Source of the DNA: Amoeboaphelidium protococcarum X5
Taxonomy: Eukaryota; Fungi; Aphelidiomycota
Length of the DNA: 64,000 bases
Direction: 5' to 3'
Assembly (NCBI GenBank): GCA_023515725.1
Contig: JALDTO010000164.1
Coordinates: forward strand, 62,001-126,000
Under the pieces are notes generated by a model. It did not search any database, was not told where the DNA came from, and saw nothing but the letters and a program-made list of their open reading frames with translations. The number at the start of each line of letters is the position of its first letter. Position 1 is the stretch's first letter. Made by a program: the position numbers and the translations under genes. Shown piece by piece: positions 38,782-54,099 of the stretch.

Positions 38782-41079
38782 ATGAGATTATTACTGTTAT
38801 CCATTCCACTACTATACCTATCGTGCTGTGTGTCAGGTGGTTGGTTTGGAAGATCTTCAAGTCGTGCTCCGGATACTGATGCTTTCAGTTTGAATCCTAG
38901 GTATGCGCTTAACACTGAGAATGCACTCGGCGTGGCAAAGCAGATGATTAGTCGCGTCAAAGAGTATCCAGATGCTTTGGACGCATTGGCTAAACTGATT
39001 CTGGCTGCTGACACCTCTCAGCCCAACTATGTTAGAAATGTGTAGAAACACTGGAATAGTTTTGTTGCATCTCTGAATACTCAATATCTACCTTTTCCCC
39101 TGCTCTTGAAGTCTGTGATTGATCAGTCTCCTTTACCTGATTCTTTGAAATATCTGCTGCAATCGAATGTTTTGGAAACATTGTCCAGCCTTGTGGATTC
39201 ATTGAACCGCGGAGATACTTCTAATGGCGATGGTGAGATGAGCCTATTCACTTCTACCGGTATCGAGTATGCTGTCGCGTAAATTAATGTTCACCTTAAT
39301 TTGATCAAGCTGGGCTTCTTCCAGGATATGATTGATGGCTTTATCGATCGCTTGTAAGAAACCATTATCGCCGACGGTGAGGCTAAGAAGTTCAGAACTG
39401 AGGATAAAGAGCTTATTTCAAATACGGTAAAGGATTATGCTCTGGCAGTGAAGAAAATGACGATTGCCTATGTCGATAATGGTCCTGTTGTTATCAAGCG
39501 ACGTATGATCGCACAATTACTTACCGCTGGTATTCACCAGAAAACAGTTGAAGGTATGGTGGCTCATATGCTTGTTGGCACTGGTGTGATGATGTAAAAG
39601 GCGCTCCAAGTATTTTTGGGATTTGCTGAACAGGTACATCCTTCCATTGAGGAGGTCTCCAAGATTATGCGCTCTAAAGTGCCGATTTTCAATGAGGATC
39701 TGCTACCAGAAGTATTTTCCCGCGTTTTTGTTGATGGCGATCCTTTAAAGTCTGGCTTTGTCGAATTTGGCGATGAGCCTATATCTCAAGGAACCGTGGG
39801 TATTGTGTACAAGGCCAAGCTTGGGGAGTCGGCTGCGCAGTTGTATGGCTTCGATGAAGTTGCTGTAAAATTGAGAAGATCAGACGCAAAGGAATTGGTA
39901 TAGGCCGAGTTTAGCGCAATTGAAAACTAGCTATCCAACATTCACCCTTTCTTGGCTAAAGTCATCTTATCGATCAAAGAATCGGTTGAGGAGGAGTTTG
40001 ATTTTGATTTGGAGGCTGCGAATCTGCGCCAGGGCTATAAGGTGTTTGAGAATCGCCGCAAAAATATTAGAGTGACCCGGCTGTGGGGTGTATTACCTGT
40101 CAGAAAGCCATGGCTGAAGCAGTAGCCTGCTGAAGCAATTGTCACTTAATGGGCGCCGGGTGTGGTTTTGGACAAAGAGTATTCTGTAGCCTAGAGGGAA
40201 TGGTTGTCCTCATCTGTTAAGACTGTTGATAAGTACTGTTCTCTGAGACTTCAGCTAACCTCACTCGGATTCACGTCGTTTTAATCATCTATAGGTGGCA
40301 GCGGTTTTTATCATGCTGATCTACATTTGAGTAACATGAAGTATGATTACGAGACTGGTACTTTGTGGCTGCTTGATTTTGGAAATGCTGGTCACTTGAG
40401 ACTTTCAGATAGAGCTACGTAACTAAGTGCTTCAATGAGTATGTTTAGGCTCAACGGCGAAGGTGTGTACAATACTTTAAAAGATTATGCCATCGAAAAT
40501 AACGCATACTAGGAAGCATCTCCATCTACGTGGAAGGCGTTCAGAAAGTCCCTTAATGAGCAGAGCAAGTAGTCTAAAGCCGATATTGCAAAGTTAAAGC
40601 TAGAATAGCAGCGCGTCGAAAAGCTATTGAAAAGTGCTCGTCTTCAAACTAATGGCGGTAGCAATTAAGATGTAGGTAATGTTTAAGGTTATGAGGAGTA
40701 GTTGAGAGACATTAAGCTCAAGATTTTGCAAGCTAGAAGTGCATTTTCTTCTGTCGTGATGAGTTAGGCTGTCTCACTGCTTATTCCAATTCCGATGTGG
40801 TTCGTTAATTTTGCCCGTGGTGCTGCGTTGATGATTTCTACTGTAATGAACGCATAGGTGTTTGCATAGGCTGCGAAATGCCCATCTGTTGATTATATGC
40901 TACCTTTTGTTGCGACTGCCGTAAAGACTTATGCTGGTCTAGGTGGACGCGTCTTTGGTCACTCAATCTGGAAGTCTATCACTTGGCCGTTTAGATAAGT
41001 GCGTAACTGGCTAAGAAATCGTCGCAACAAATATGGCCACGCTAATAGACTGGGACCAGAGTTCTAGTAGTACGAGTGA
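38782..41079 (+). CDS. ABC1/UbiB-family atypical kinase with an N-terminal signal peptide
   Basis: MRLLLLSIPLLYLSCCVSG leader; QKALQ, EPISQGTVGIVYKA, VAVK, EEFDFDLEAANL, GFYHADLHLSN and LLDFG motifs. Confidence 0.82.
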
Positions 41080-41310
41080 GTAATGAGCGGTTGATTAAGG
41101 AATTGTCTTGAGGGGTATTAATGCAGATAGAAATAACAAGTTGAAATTTATATAATTTTTGGTAATACTCGATTCATGTTCAACTTGGCCTTTTAAGAGC
41201 TATCGTAATCAGTCAATCTCAAACGATGTAACCTCAAAGTTACAGTACGGTATATTGTGCTTGTATATTAAGCACATGGCAAATATTTTTACTTCATTTT
41301 AGCTATAAAA

Positions 41311-42149
41311 TCATCGACGCGATTTGAATCCACCATGTGCAGACGAGCCAAACCCGCGACCATTTCTATAGCTGCGTGTAATGGAACTCAGGCGCCAAGC
41401 ATCCTTGTCTTCAAACTTCTTATGCAAAGGCTCAATCTTGTCACCTTTACGCTTTCTTCCCAGCTCATGTCCACTCAGAGTTTTGTAGTAATTAGGCGCC
41501 AATTCGATAAGCCACTTGGGATCGACGAGGGACACTTCGCGCATATATTCCTTAGTTGTGAGAACGAGATCATGATAGATTACCCACTGCGGCTACCGCT
41601 AAAACAGAGAGGAGGATGGATGCATGAATACAACGGTGTTATCAGTCAGTTTCTTGTATCCTTCAGTCATGTGCTTCTTGGCAACATTTCTAAAGAATCC
41701 AGCAGTGATCGCTTTGCGGACTTTAGTAAAATCCTTGCCACAGGACTGAATCTAAATTTTGCACCGATCCATAATCTCAATCAACTGGCGGCGAACATCT
41801 TGAGCCTTTTGCATAGTCTTGTACTGAATATAATTATCAAAACACCATTTATCCTAGAATCCAGCCGCTTTCCAGCTGTTGTATACACAGAGTAATGTCA
41901 GATGATCTCCCTCCGGTTAGCTGAATTTCTACTTTTTCTAATCGGCCTCAGATAGCTTGTCTTTGGGTCGATAAAATACATTCTACACGCTCAGCATAGC
42001 GATTATTTTTAAAATCTCTTCTGTGCACTAAAACATTTCACTGGCAATCAACGTTTTGGACAGCTGCGGCTCAAGAGGAAATTCGGCCATTCTACGACCG
42101 ATCGGAGTGATGAAGCCTTCTTCGTCCAGAGCCCCAATAGAGTATAATA
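41311..42149 (-). pseudogene. PRP22: PRP22/DHX8 DEAH-box splicing helicase, 3' part, downstream of the copia insertion
   Basis: [30 protein letters not shown]...EGDHLTLL...HPSS...[15 protein letters not shown] to TGA. Confidence 0.95.
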
Positions 42150-42269
42150 TGTTAAAAACGTAATAAGTAGAAAATAAATAATAACCAATTATTGTTATTT
42201 CTACTTCACTTGAAGAAGTAGTTTGATCATTTTTCACTGACGTTGTACGTGTTTCGTCACAACCTAACA
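42150..42269 (-). repeat. 3' LTR (120 bp)
   Basis: Identical by eye to 47375-47494. Preceded on the minus strand by a short purine-rich tract AGGCGAAAG (candidate PPT). Confidence 0.97.
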
Positions 42270-42295
42270 CTTTCGCCTGAGGATATACGTGCAAC

Positions 42296-45200
42296 TCAAC
42301 AGCGACTTTAATCTAGACCCAATCTGGCAACATGTCTTCGGAATAGCGTAGGAGTCAGCGGCTTGGTTAGAACATCAGCAGTCTGCTCCTACGTATTCAC
42401 ATATTCAAACATAACGCGGCCGCTTTCAGTTAACTCCCTGACAAAATGATACTTAACTTCGATATGCTTAGTTCTGCTAAACTTCTCCGGATTCTTTGTA
42501 ATGGCAATACAACTCTGGTTGTCTTCCATAACTTTAAGTGGATGAACCTTCACTCTATCAACAGTTTCTTCATCAGCTAACAACCTTAGCCCATCAACCA
42601 CAATATCGAGCCCTACTTCATTCAGAATCTCCCTAAACCAGCACAGCTCTTAACACACAGCAGCAGCGGCATAGTACTCTGCTTCAGTGCTACTTAACGC
42701 AACTGCACTTTACAACTTGGACTTCCAAGAGATACTAGCGCCACACATTTGAATTACATAGCCGGTGGTAGACCGCCTTCCCTCTTAATCGTTAGCAAAG
42801 TCTGCATCGGCATAAGCAATGGGAAGCAGATCTTTCTTCCCATCGAAAATCAAAACAAGATCTTTACTACCAGCCAAGTATCGCAGGACCCTTCTGACCA
42901 TACTGTAGTGTTCCATCTTAGGATTCGACAGATATTTACTTAAGTAACCAACAACGAATGCAATGTCGGGACGCGTACCCACCATAAGATACATCAATGA
43001 ACCAATCAACGCTCTATAAGAAACATCCAAGAAACCATCATCAACATCAACGTTAATCGCCTAAAGACTCATGGGTGTTGAGACTCCAACACAGTTGTCC
43101 GCTTCAAAGCGAGTAAGAACACGTTCCAGGTAAGTGCGTTGATCTAATTAGATAATCTTCTAAGGCATTGACCTCTTGATCCGAATCCCAACAATATGCT
43201 CAGCAGGACCTAAATCTTTCATGTCAAAACGCTGAGCCAGCTGTGCTATGACGGCATCAATATCTGATTAGCGCTAAGTAATTAAAAGAATATCATCGAC
43301 ATAGAGCACTATCATAAATAATCTACCGTGCTTGCGCCTGATGTAAAGACAATTGTCGGCATGGCTTCTCTTGAAACCAATCTCGACAAGAAACTAATGA
43401 ATTGTATTGTTCCAGCATTTCGGTGCTTATTTGAGCCCATAAAGACTTCTCAGTAGACGCAGTATCTGACCTTCAAATTCGGTACCCACAGGCCCTTTCA
43501 TGTAAATCTCCTCATTCAGTATTCCGTTTAAAAACGCAGTATTTACATCCATTTAATGGATTATCATATCATACTTTGCAGCTATAGCAATTACCATCCT
43601 AATCGTGTTAAACTTAGCCACCGGAGCAAATGTCTCGGTGTAATCAACATCCTTCACTTGACGGAATCCTTAAATAACTAATCGAGCCTTGAATCTCTCC
43701 ACCTACCCACTGGAATCAAGCTTGATCTTAAAAACCCATTTGCAAGGGAGCGCTTTAAAGCCTTATGGCAGAATGGACCTTTTCCAAGTCCCATGTTTAA
43801 GAAGACTCCTCAACTCATCCTCCATCGCAGCCTTCCACTGCGGCCATTCTTTAAGTAACATAGCCTCTGCAACGGTCTTAGGAGTCACAGGTATGTCTGA
43901 GCCACAATAGATTTCATTGAATAGACAAGTCACATCATACGGCATCTCTTCAACCTCAAGCTTAGAGAGATAGCATTGAACAAAGTCATCAATTAGTTCG
44001 TTTATCTTCACCTGAGACGAGAGTGCCTTGATATCAGCCCGTGTGTTCATGTCGATTTTGAGTTCTTCAACCAGGCGTTTGAGTCTCTTATTCACCAGAG
44101 CGTCTTCCTCATCCTCTTGCTCTTCACTTTGCTCTAAAGGATTAGACTCTGCACTGATATTACGCAGGCGACGACTGATTCGCTTACCACCAACTTTAAG
44201 ACACGCAGATCTCTGTTATATAGCTTACACATTCGTCGCGTCTGCATCATCCCTCACATTCACATTAGGCTCTTAATCATTCACATTCACATTAGGCTCT
44301 TAATCATTCGCATTCACATTAAGATCTTGAACATTCACATTCACATTCTCTTACGGCACATTCGAGCCCGATACTTACACATTCACTTAAGACACATCAC
44401 TTTAAGTGTTCACATAAACATCATCTACCAAACCGGTAGGCATAACATCAACATCATCACTTCCGCCCACCTCCATCTGAGGATTTGGCGTATGTTAATC
44501 ATTGTCATGCACATTGGTCTAATCTACATGTCTTTCGCCCAAAGTGGAGCGCATATTATCAGAGCTTTCGCCGCATGAAGAACGGGATTAATCTGGATTC
44601 TATGTCAAGTCACAAGAGGTGCTGCTTTCGCCCAACATCAAACCAGATTCCGACTATGTGTCTGAGAGATCTGGAGGATAGAACGATTCATACATCAAGT
44701 CAAACTCCTAGGCACCATAAGTCTAACGTGCAACCTCGTGAAAGACGACTTCATCAAAAGGAACATCGAGTAATGAATTTTAAGCAGTGAGAATCTGATA
44801 ACCGCTTGGTCTATACCCAATGAAATGACCTTTAGCAGTACGACTAGAGAATTTGAATTTATCAGCTCTTGCTTCTTTAGGTACGAAGTACGTAACGGGA
44901 CAGCCCCAAATTCTCAAATGATTGTAGCGCGGTTAGCTCCCATGGTATACTTCGTACGGTGTTATTTACAGTTATCCGGCGGCATTACGAGCACTTGTTA
45001 AAACTCTATTCGCCACATATACATAAGCCTGCACTGCAAGGCCCCAATATCTTCTGGGCAACCCACTGGATAGTAACATACTGCATACACCTTCTACAAT
45101 CCGACGATTATATCTTTCAGCTACTCCGTTCAACTAAGGTGTATATCTAGGCACCATATCTAAAAGGATTCCATAATCACGACAGAATCCTTTAAGATCT

Positions 45201-47326
45201 TAGTTCACAAACTCAGTACCTTAGTCGCATTTTAGAGTGTTGATCTTCTCACCAGTTTCCACGTTCATTCTAGCGTTAAGCACTTAAATGGCCGAGGATG
45301 CTTAATCTTTGCTGTACAACAATTCCGCCCATGCATAGCCTGAGTAGTCATCTACTATAGTCAAGATGTAGGATTACTTCTGAGGTGTTTGAATGCCAAT
45401 GGGACCGATGAGATCCGCATGAAGCATATAAAGAACACGAGGTGTCCGTAGAGGCATCTCTTTCTTGTCCCACCGAGAATCTTTCCGTTTAGAAAAATGA
45501 GCGCGAGTAGCTTTCGCTTGCAGACAGGGATCACAGTGATCTATTTAATCAAAGTCGATGTCATGGCTAACTTATCCTAACATATCTAGTCACACCATTT
45601 TCTTCACGATTCCCTTGCTAGGATGTCCGAGACGTTCGTGGATGGTCTTAGCATTGATACTTGCTGACAGACTGACTACATCTGCCTCGCTCTTACTTTG
45701 ATCATCAGACTTGTGACGCTTCGGATCACTGCCTTCGGATTGATGAGACTTGGGCCAGATCACCTTGATGTCCATAACATACAATCCATCAAAACGTCCA
45801 GAACTCATTTTCTAACCAGTTGCAATACATTCTCCATTTTGGTAGATTTTCTTCATGCCTTCCCCAAATACCACATACATTTTCTTGTCATCAACCGGCC
45901 CAACAGGGAATAAATTAAAGGAGAAGCTAGGAGAGTACAAGACGTCCTCAACAGTGGCAATGGTTAGTTTACCTTGGTCATTACGCATTTCAAACTATAT
46001 GCTGCCTCTACCTACCACGGTAACCAAAGTGCTATTATCAATAGTGGTGCAAACAGCAGAACAATCTTGGTAATTGTACAACCAGTCTTTTCTACACGTA
46101 ACAAATTTGTTGCAACCTCCATCACTTAACCAGACATTCTGGTTGTCTAGAGCAGTAGAGTCAATAGCCGCATTGAGGGTCATGACGTGAGTCACTAGAG
46201 ACACAAAGTTAGCGTCTTCAGCACTTTGAGCAACATTAGCACTGAACTTGACTTTCTTTATGCCATGACTTTAATCTTTGTCTCTAGGTATTAAGTGAGC
46301 AGGACGTTTGTGCTCAGCACCTCCACCAGGCCAGTAGCATTCTTCAGCAGTATGGTTCGCTTTCTTGCAGTTAGTGCAGTACTTGCTACTACTCCCGCCT
46401 GTAGAGAATTACTGCTTGCGATTACCTTTAAACGAAGCTCCTTACTTAACCATTGCATTAGCTTACACAGATTCAGTAGACTCACCACCAGATTAACGTA
46501 AGGCTTGTATCTGGCGCTATAGCTCAATACTAGTCAGAGTGTCCATCAGATCCGCGGTAGTCAGAGGCTTCTTTAAGTAAGTGGAAACGTTGTCCAACGC
46601 GCGGATATCGCCATACGTTGGGCCCTACGGTAGCTTATCTAAGAACTTCTAGGCTAGTTTTTACTCCGAAATAGAAGTATCTCCACACTTCTACATCTCC
46701 TCAACAATCGTTCTCATCGCAAATAGAAGTTTCACTGAATGATTGAACTGTTGGAAGGTGAGACTTTCCAATTGTTCAGCAAGCAGGCCAGAGTGCTTAG
46801 GAGACTTAGCGTTCCAATATGCCTCCACTGCTTATACTGCTTCATACGCGTACTTGCACTTGATGATGATATATCTCAGCTGAGGTTCGATGGAATTCTC
46901 GATAATTGCCAGAGCTTTGCTGTTCATTCCCAAAACTTCCGAAATCACCTTATGCTTATCCAGACTTGAAGATCCACCTGAAGATACGGACTGTACAGAG
47001 GACGGGACTACATCCTTTCTAGCTCCACCTTACTTTCCAACGTCACCTCTCTATGCACTACTATCGGGAGCTGCCTGATTAACGGCTGACGCGTCCGTTC
47101 CGACGGAGACGACGCGAGTTTGGCTGGCGCTATCCAGATTAGACAAGAGATTTGCATAATAGTCTTCAACAGAGCCAAGCTTCTTGATCTCTTTGTACAC
47201 CTTCTTACCCAGCACCGCGTCCACCTTCTTCTCTCTGGCTTAAGTGAGTAACGACTTGTGCCAGGCAGTGAAATTAGGGCCGCAAAATATCGTTCCATGA
47301 TACGCATCGTCCTTGCTGCTGTCCAT
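42296..47326 (-). CDS. Copia Gag-Pol polyprotein, 1677 codons, with one internal TGA at 45590-45592
   Basis: Zinc knuckle [14 protein letters not shown]; protease WLSDGGCN; integrase HERLGH...[32 protein letters not shown]; [29 protein letters not shown]; RNase [26 protein letters not shown]. Manual scan found only one in-frame TGA. Confidence 0.93.
44255..44346. repeat. Degenerate 27-bp tandem repeat (CACATTCACATTAGGCTCTTAATCATT) in the IN-RT linker of the copia element
   Basis: Two near-perfect units plus degenerate copies; encodes NDQEPNVNV-like repeats on the minus strand. Confidence 0.75.
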
Positions 47327-47363
47327 ATTAGCTTTTGATAGAACCTGATATGATATGATAAAT

Positions 47364-47374
47364 TGAAGTAGAAA
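47364..47374 (-). promoter_or_regulatory. Primer-binding-site position of the copia element; self-complementary rather than tRNA-type
   Basis: TTTCTACTTCA directly follows the 5' LTR, lacks the TGG of a tRNA 3'-end PBS, and is the exact complement of TGAAGTAGAAA at 47433-47423 inside the LTR. Confidence 0.7.
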
Positions 47375-47494
47375 TGTTAAAAACGTAATAAGTAGAAAAT
47401 AAATAATAACCAATTATTGTTATTTCTACTTCACTTGAAGAAGTAGTTTGATCATTTTTCACTGACGTTGTACGTGTTTCGTCACAACCTAACA
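47375..47494 (-). repeat. 5' LTR (120 bp)
   Basis: Identical by eye to 42150-42269. Confidence 0.97.
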
Positions 47495-50002
<2,508 letters not shown>

Positions 50003-50406
50003 CTCTAATATAAAATCTAAGGTGTGCTTTATTAAAACTTGGAAGAATAAACCAATCGCGCGGCCTCCCTTAGAATTACAGATTGGGGGAGAGAAAGAGA
50101 GAAAGCGCGTGACCGATCTTACGCGCATTAACAGGCTCTATCAAGTCGCTTTGCTTTACGTGTTTTGTCGCTTCGAGGAAAGAATCGCTTTAACCGAAGC
50201 CGCGAAAATTAACCGAAAATCTTTTCGTACTTGTCCATTTGAGTCTTTTGTAAAGCATTAGATAGAAACACAGAACGTAAGATTTGTACTATATTTATCC
50301 TCTGCACTGCCCATTTAACACGTTTTTAATTGCGGAATCTGTGCAGTGCAGTGGTTATTACAGAGGACATCTAATCACCTATTTCGTGCTTGTAGTTGAA
50401 TTTAAA

Positions 50407-50668
50407 ATGGCAAAGAGTAAGAATCACACGAATCATAATTAGAACAAGAAGGCTCACCGTAATGGTATCAAGAAGCCACAGAGAAACCGTTATCCTTCAT
50501 TGAAAGGTGTAAGAATTTATTTGAGTTTATAGAGGTCATCATTTTATACTCGTAATTCCAATCTTTGTCTGCATGTAGGTTGATCCAAAATTCTTGCGTA
50601 ATCAGAGATTTGCAAAGGCTGGTAGTGCCAAAGCAGTAAGAGAGCAGAGAAAGTTGGCCAAGGCTTGA
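50407..50668 (+). CDS. RPL29: 60S ribosomal protein L29 (eL29), one intron at 50509-50578
   Basis: MAKSKNHTNHN(TAG=Q)NKKAHRNGIKKP...SLKG|VDPKFLRNQRFA; intron GTAAG...TGTAG. Confidence 0.97.
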
Positions 50669-51191
50669 GTATTGTCCGTGCAACCACTGATTAATACAAT
50701 TGTCTTTTTAACATTTATTGATTTTGCTCTAAATTTTTGGAGTTTTGGGAGTTGGCCGTCTGAATGCCATTCTGATTCATTAGTAAATCCGAGATTTCGC
50801 AGTGTTATTGGTCTACTACATCTATTTTTTACCTGGAGTTCTGCGGTCAGCCGGAAAGAACGACCTCATCATTAATGACTTCAAATGCGCGACGATTCTG
50901 AACGCGTGTAGACAATAATGTGCGCCTCGTCGTTCGTATCTCATCCTGTCTCTCCCTGAGCGATTTACGCCAGGGAAGTGTGAGTCATCACCGACGCGTG
51001 GCTTTCAACGATTGTTGTTTCCTAAATGGGATTTATGAGCCACAAATTGCTTACAAATTCAATCGCCGCACGACTTCGACCATGCACAATTCCACCCTCT
51101 TTTCCCATTACGAATCGTCATTGTTTTACAAATCATTTGGTTTTAGTTTCTGATTATCTGTTTCATACAACTTACCCGCTTAATAATAAAT

Positions 51192-51410
51192 ATGTAGCTT
51201 CTGTCTGTGATTGCGTTCTTGTTTGTGCTGTCTGTGAATATGGTTGTGGCTCTTCCTGCTCTTGCTAATCCTTATGTCGTAATTCCTAATGGAGTCAACT
51301 CTGGTTATCCAAAGGATCCTAAAGGTTATGACCCGATCAGTTAAATCGATGAGACACCTGTCAAGATTGCTTACGCTGACATTGTTGACAAGGTTGAGGC
51401 CTAGTTTTGA
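51192..51410 (+). CDS. Small secreted protein of unknown function, 72 aa
   Basis: M(TAG=Q)LLSVIAFLFVLSVNMVVA signal peptide followed by LPALANPYVVIPNGVNSGYPKDPKGYDPISQIDETPVKIAYADIVDKVEAQF; A-rich start context. Confidence 0.7.
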
Positions 51411-52138
51411 GAGAAAGTTCTTACAACTATGTGAACAGTTTTAATTTAATGAATATTGACATTAACTCTTCATAAAATTTTAATTCCCTCTTGATTATAA
51501 TACTGATAACGATGAGGCATTCGTCAGAGCCAGCCCACCCGTAATGCGCCTTGATAATCGTTTGATCTGAAACGTTAGTTCTGAAACTGGTTATATAAGC
51601 TGTCAATTCACTCACACCGCGAAACGTACACACAGAACTTGATGTCGATTTTAGATTATTGCCATTCTTTGTTAATTAATAAACAAGTAAATAACACACA
51701 AAGCTTATGAACCATCTCACAATTCTCCATTAGCATAAAACAATATCTTAACAGAAGGCAATTGATAAACGAGAACCATGTGTGGGGAGAGAGAGCAAAT
51801 CCGATAAAGACGACGCGCGCGCTTGCAAAGCGTAACAATCACCCAAAACACACGAATCAATCAATCAATCACCTGAATATCATCATCATCGCCGCTGTCG
51901 AGTGCGTACATTCTTGGAATCACCTCGAATCCTCTCAATTTATTATTAAAGCAACCGGAAGCGACTGCCAGCTATAATCTCTTATTCGCTTTCATTGTAT
52001 TCTATTTCACCACTTGGAGAATTTTATTGACGGTCACTGACTGAACTGGAATTCGTATTTGGTGGTGTCGGTTATCATAATTTTGTCTTCAAATCACTTA
52101 CTGCAAGTACTGATAATAATACTAAAAGACAGCTTAGT

Positions 52139-53977
<1,839 letters not shown>

Positions 53978-54099
53978 ATGTATTACTAAATTTTGCATAT
54001 ATATAAACTTTATCCCTATAACAATTTGGTAAAAAGTTTAATCTTGAATTGCGCGACTCTATAACACAGGCGATAGAGCTTTAATCGCCACTCGATTTA

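Larger units (their letters stand above)
42150..47494 (-). mobile_element. Full-length Ty1/copia LTR retrotransposon, 5,345 bp, inserted in PRP22
   Basis: Identical 120-bp TG...CA LTRs, a 5-bp TSD TAATA (42145-42149, 47495-47499), and domain order gag-PR-IN-RT-RNase H. Confidence 0.97.

Noticed and set aside
44255-44346. Short direct repeats resembling a CRISPR array
   Set aside because: They are contiguous coding tandem repeats without unique spacers, inside a eukaryotic retrotransposon ORF.
47330-47346. GGTTCTATCAAAAGC as a tRNA-iMet PBS (faint likeness to TGGTATCAGAGC)
   Set aside because: It is about 30 nt from the LTR, lacks TGG and has several mismatches; at most a relic.
42150-47494. 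The copia element acting as an intron in PRP22
   Set aside because: On the PRP22 strand it ends ...TTTTAACA-TATTA with no AG acceptor at the junction.
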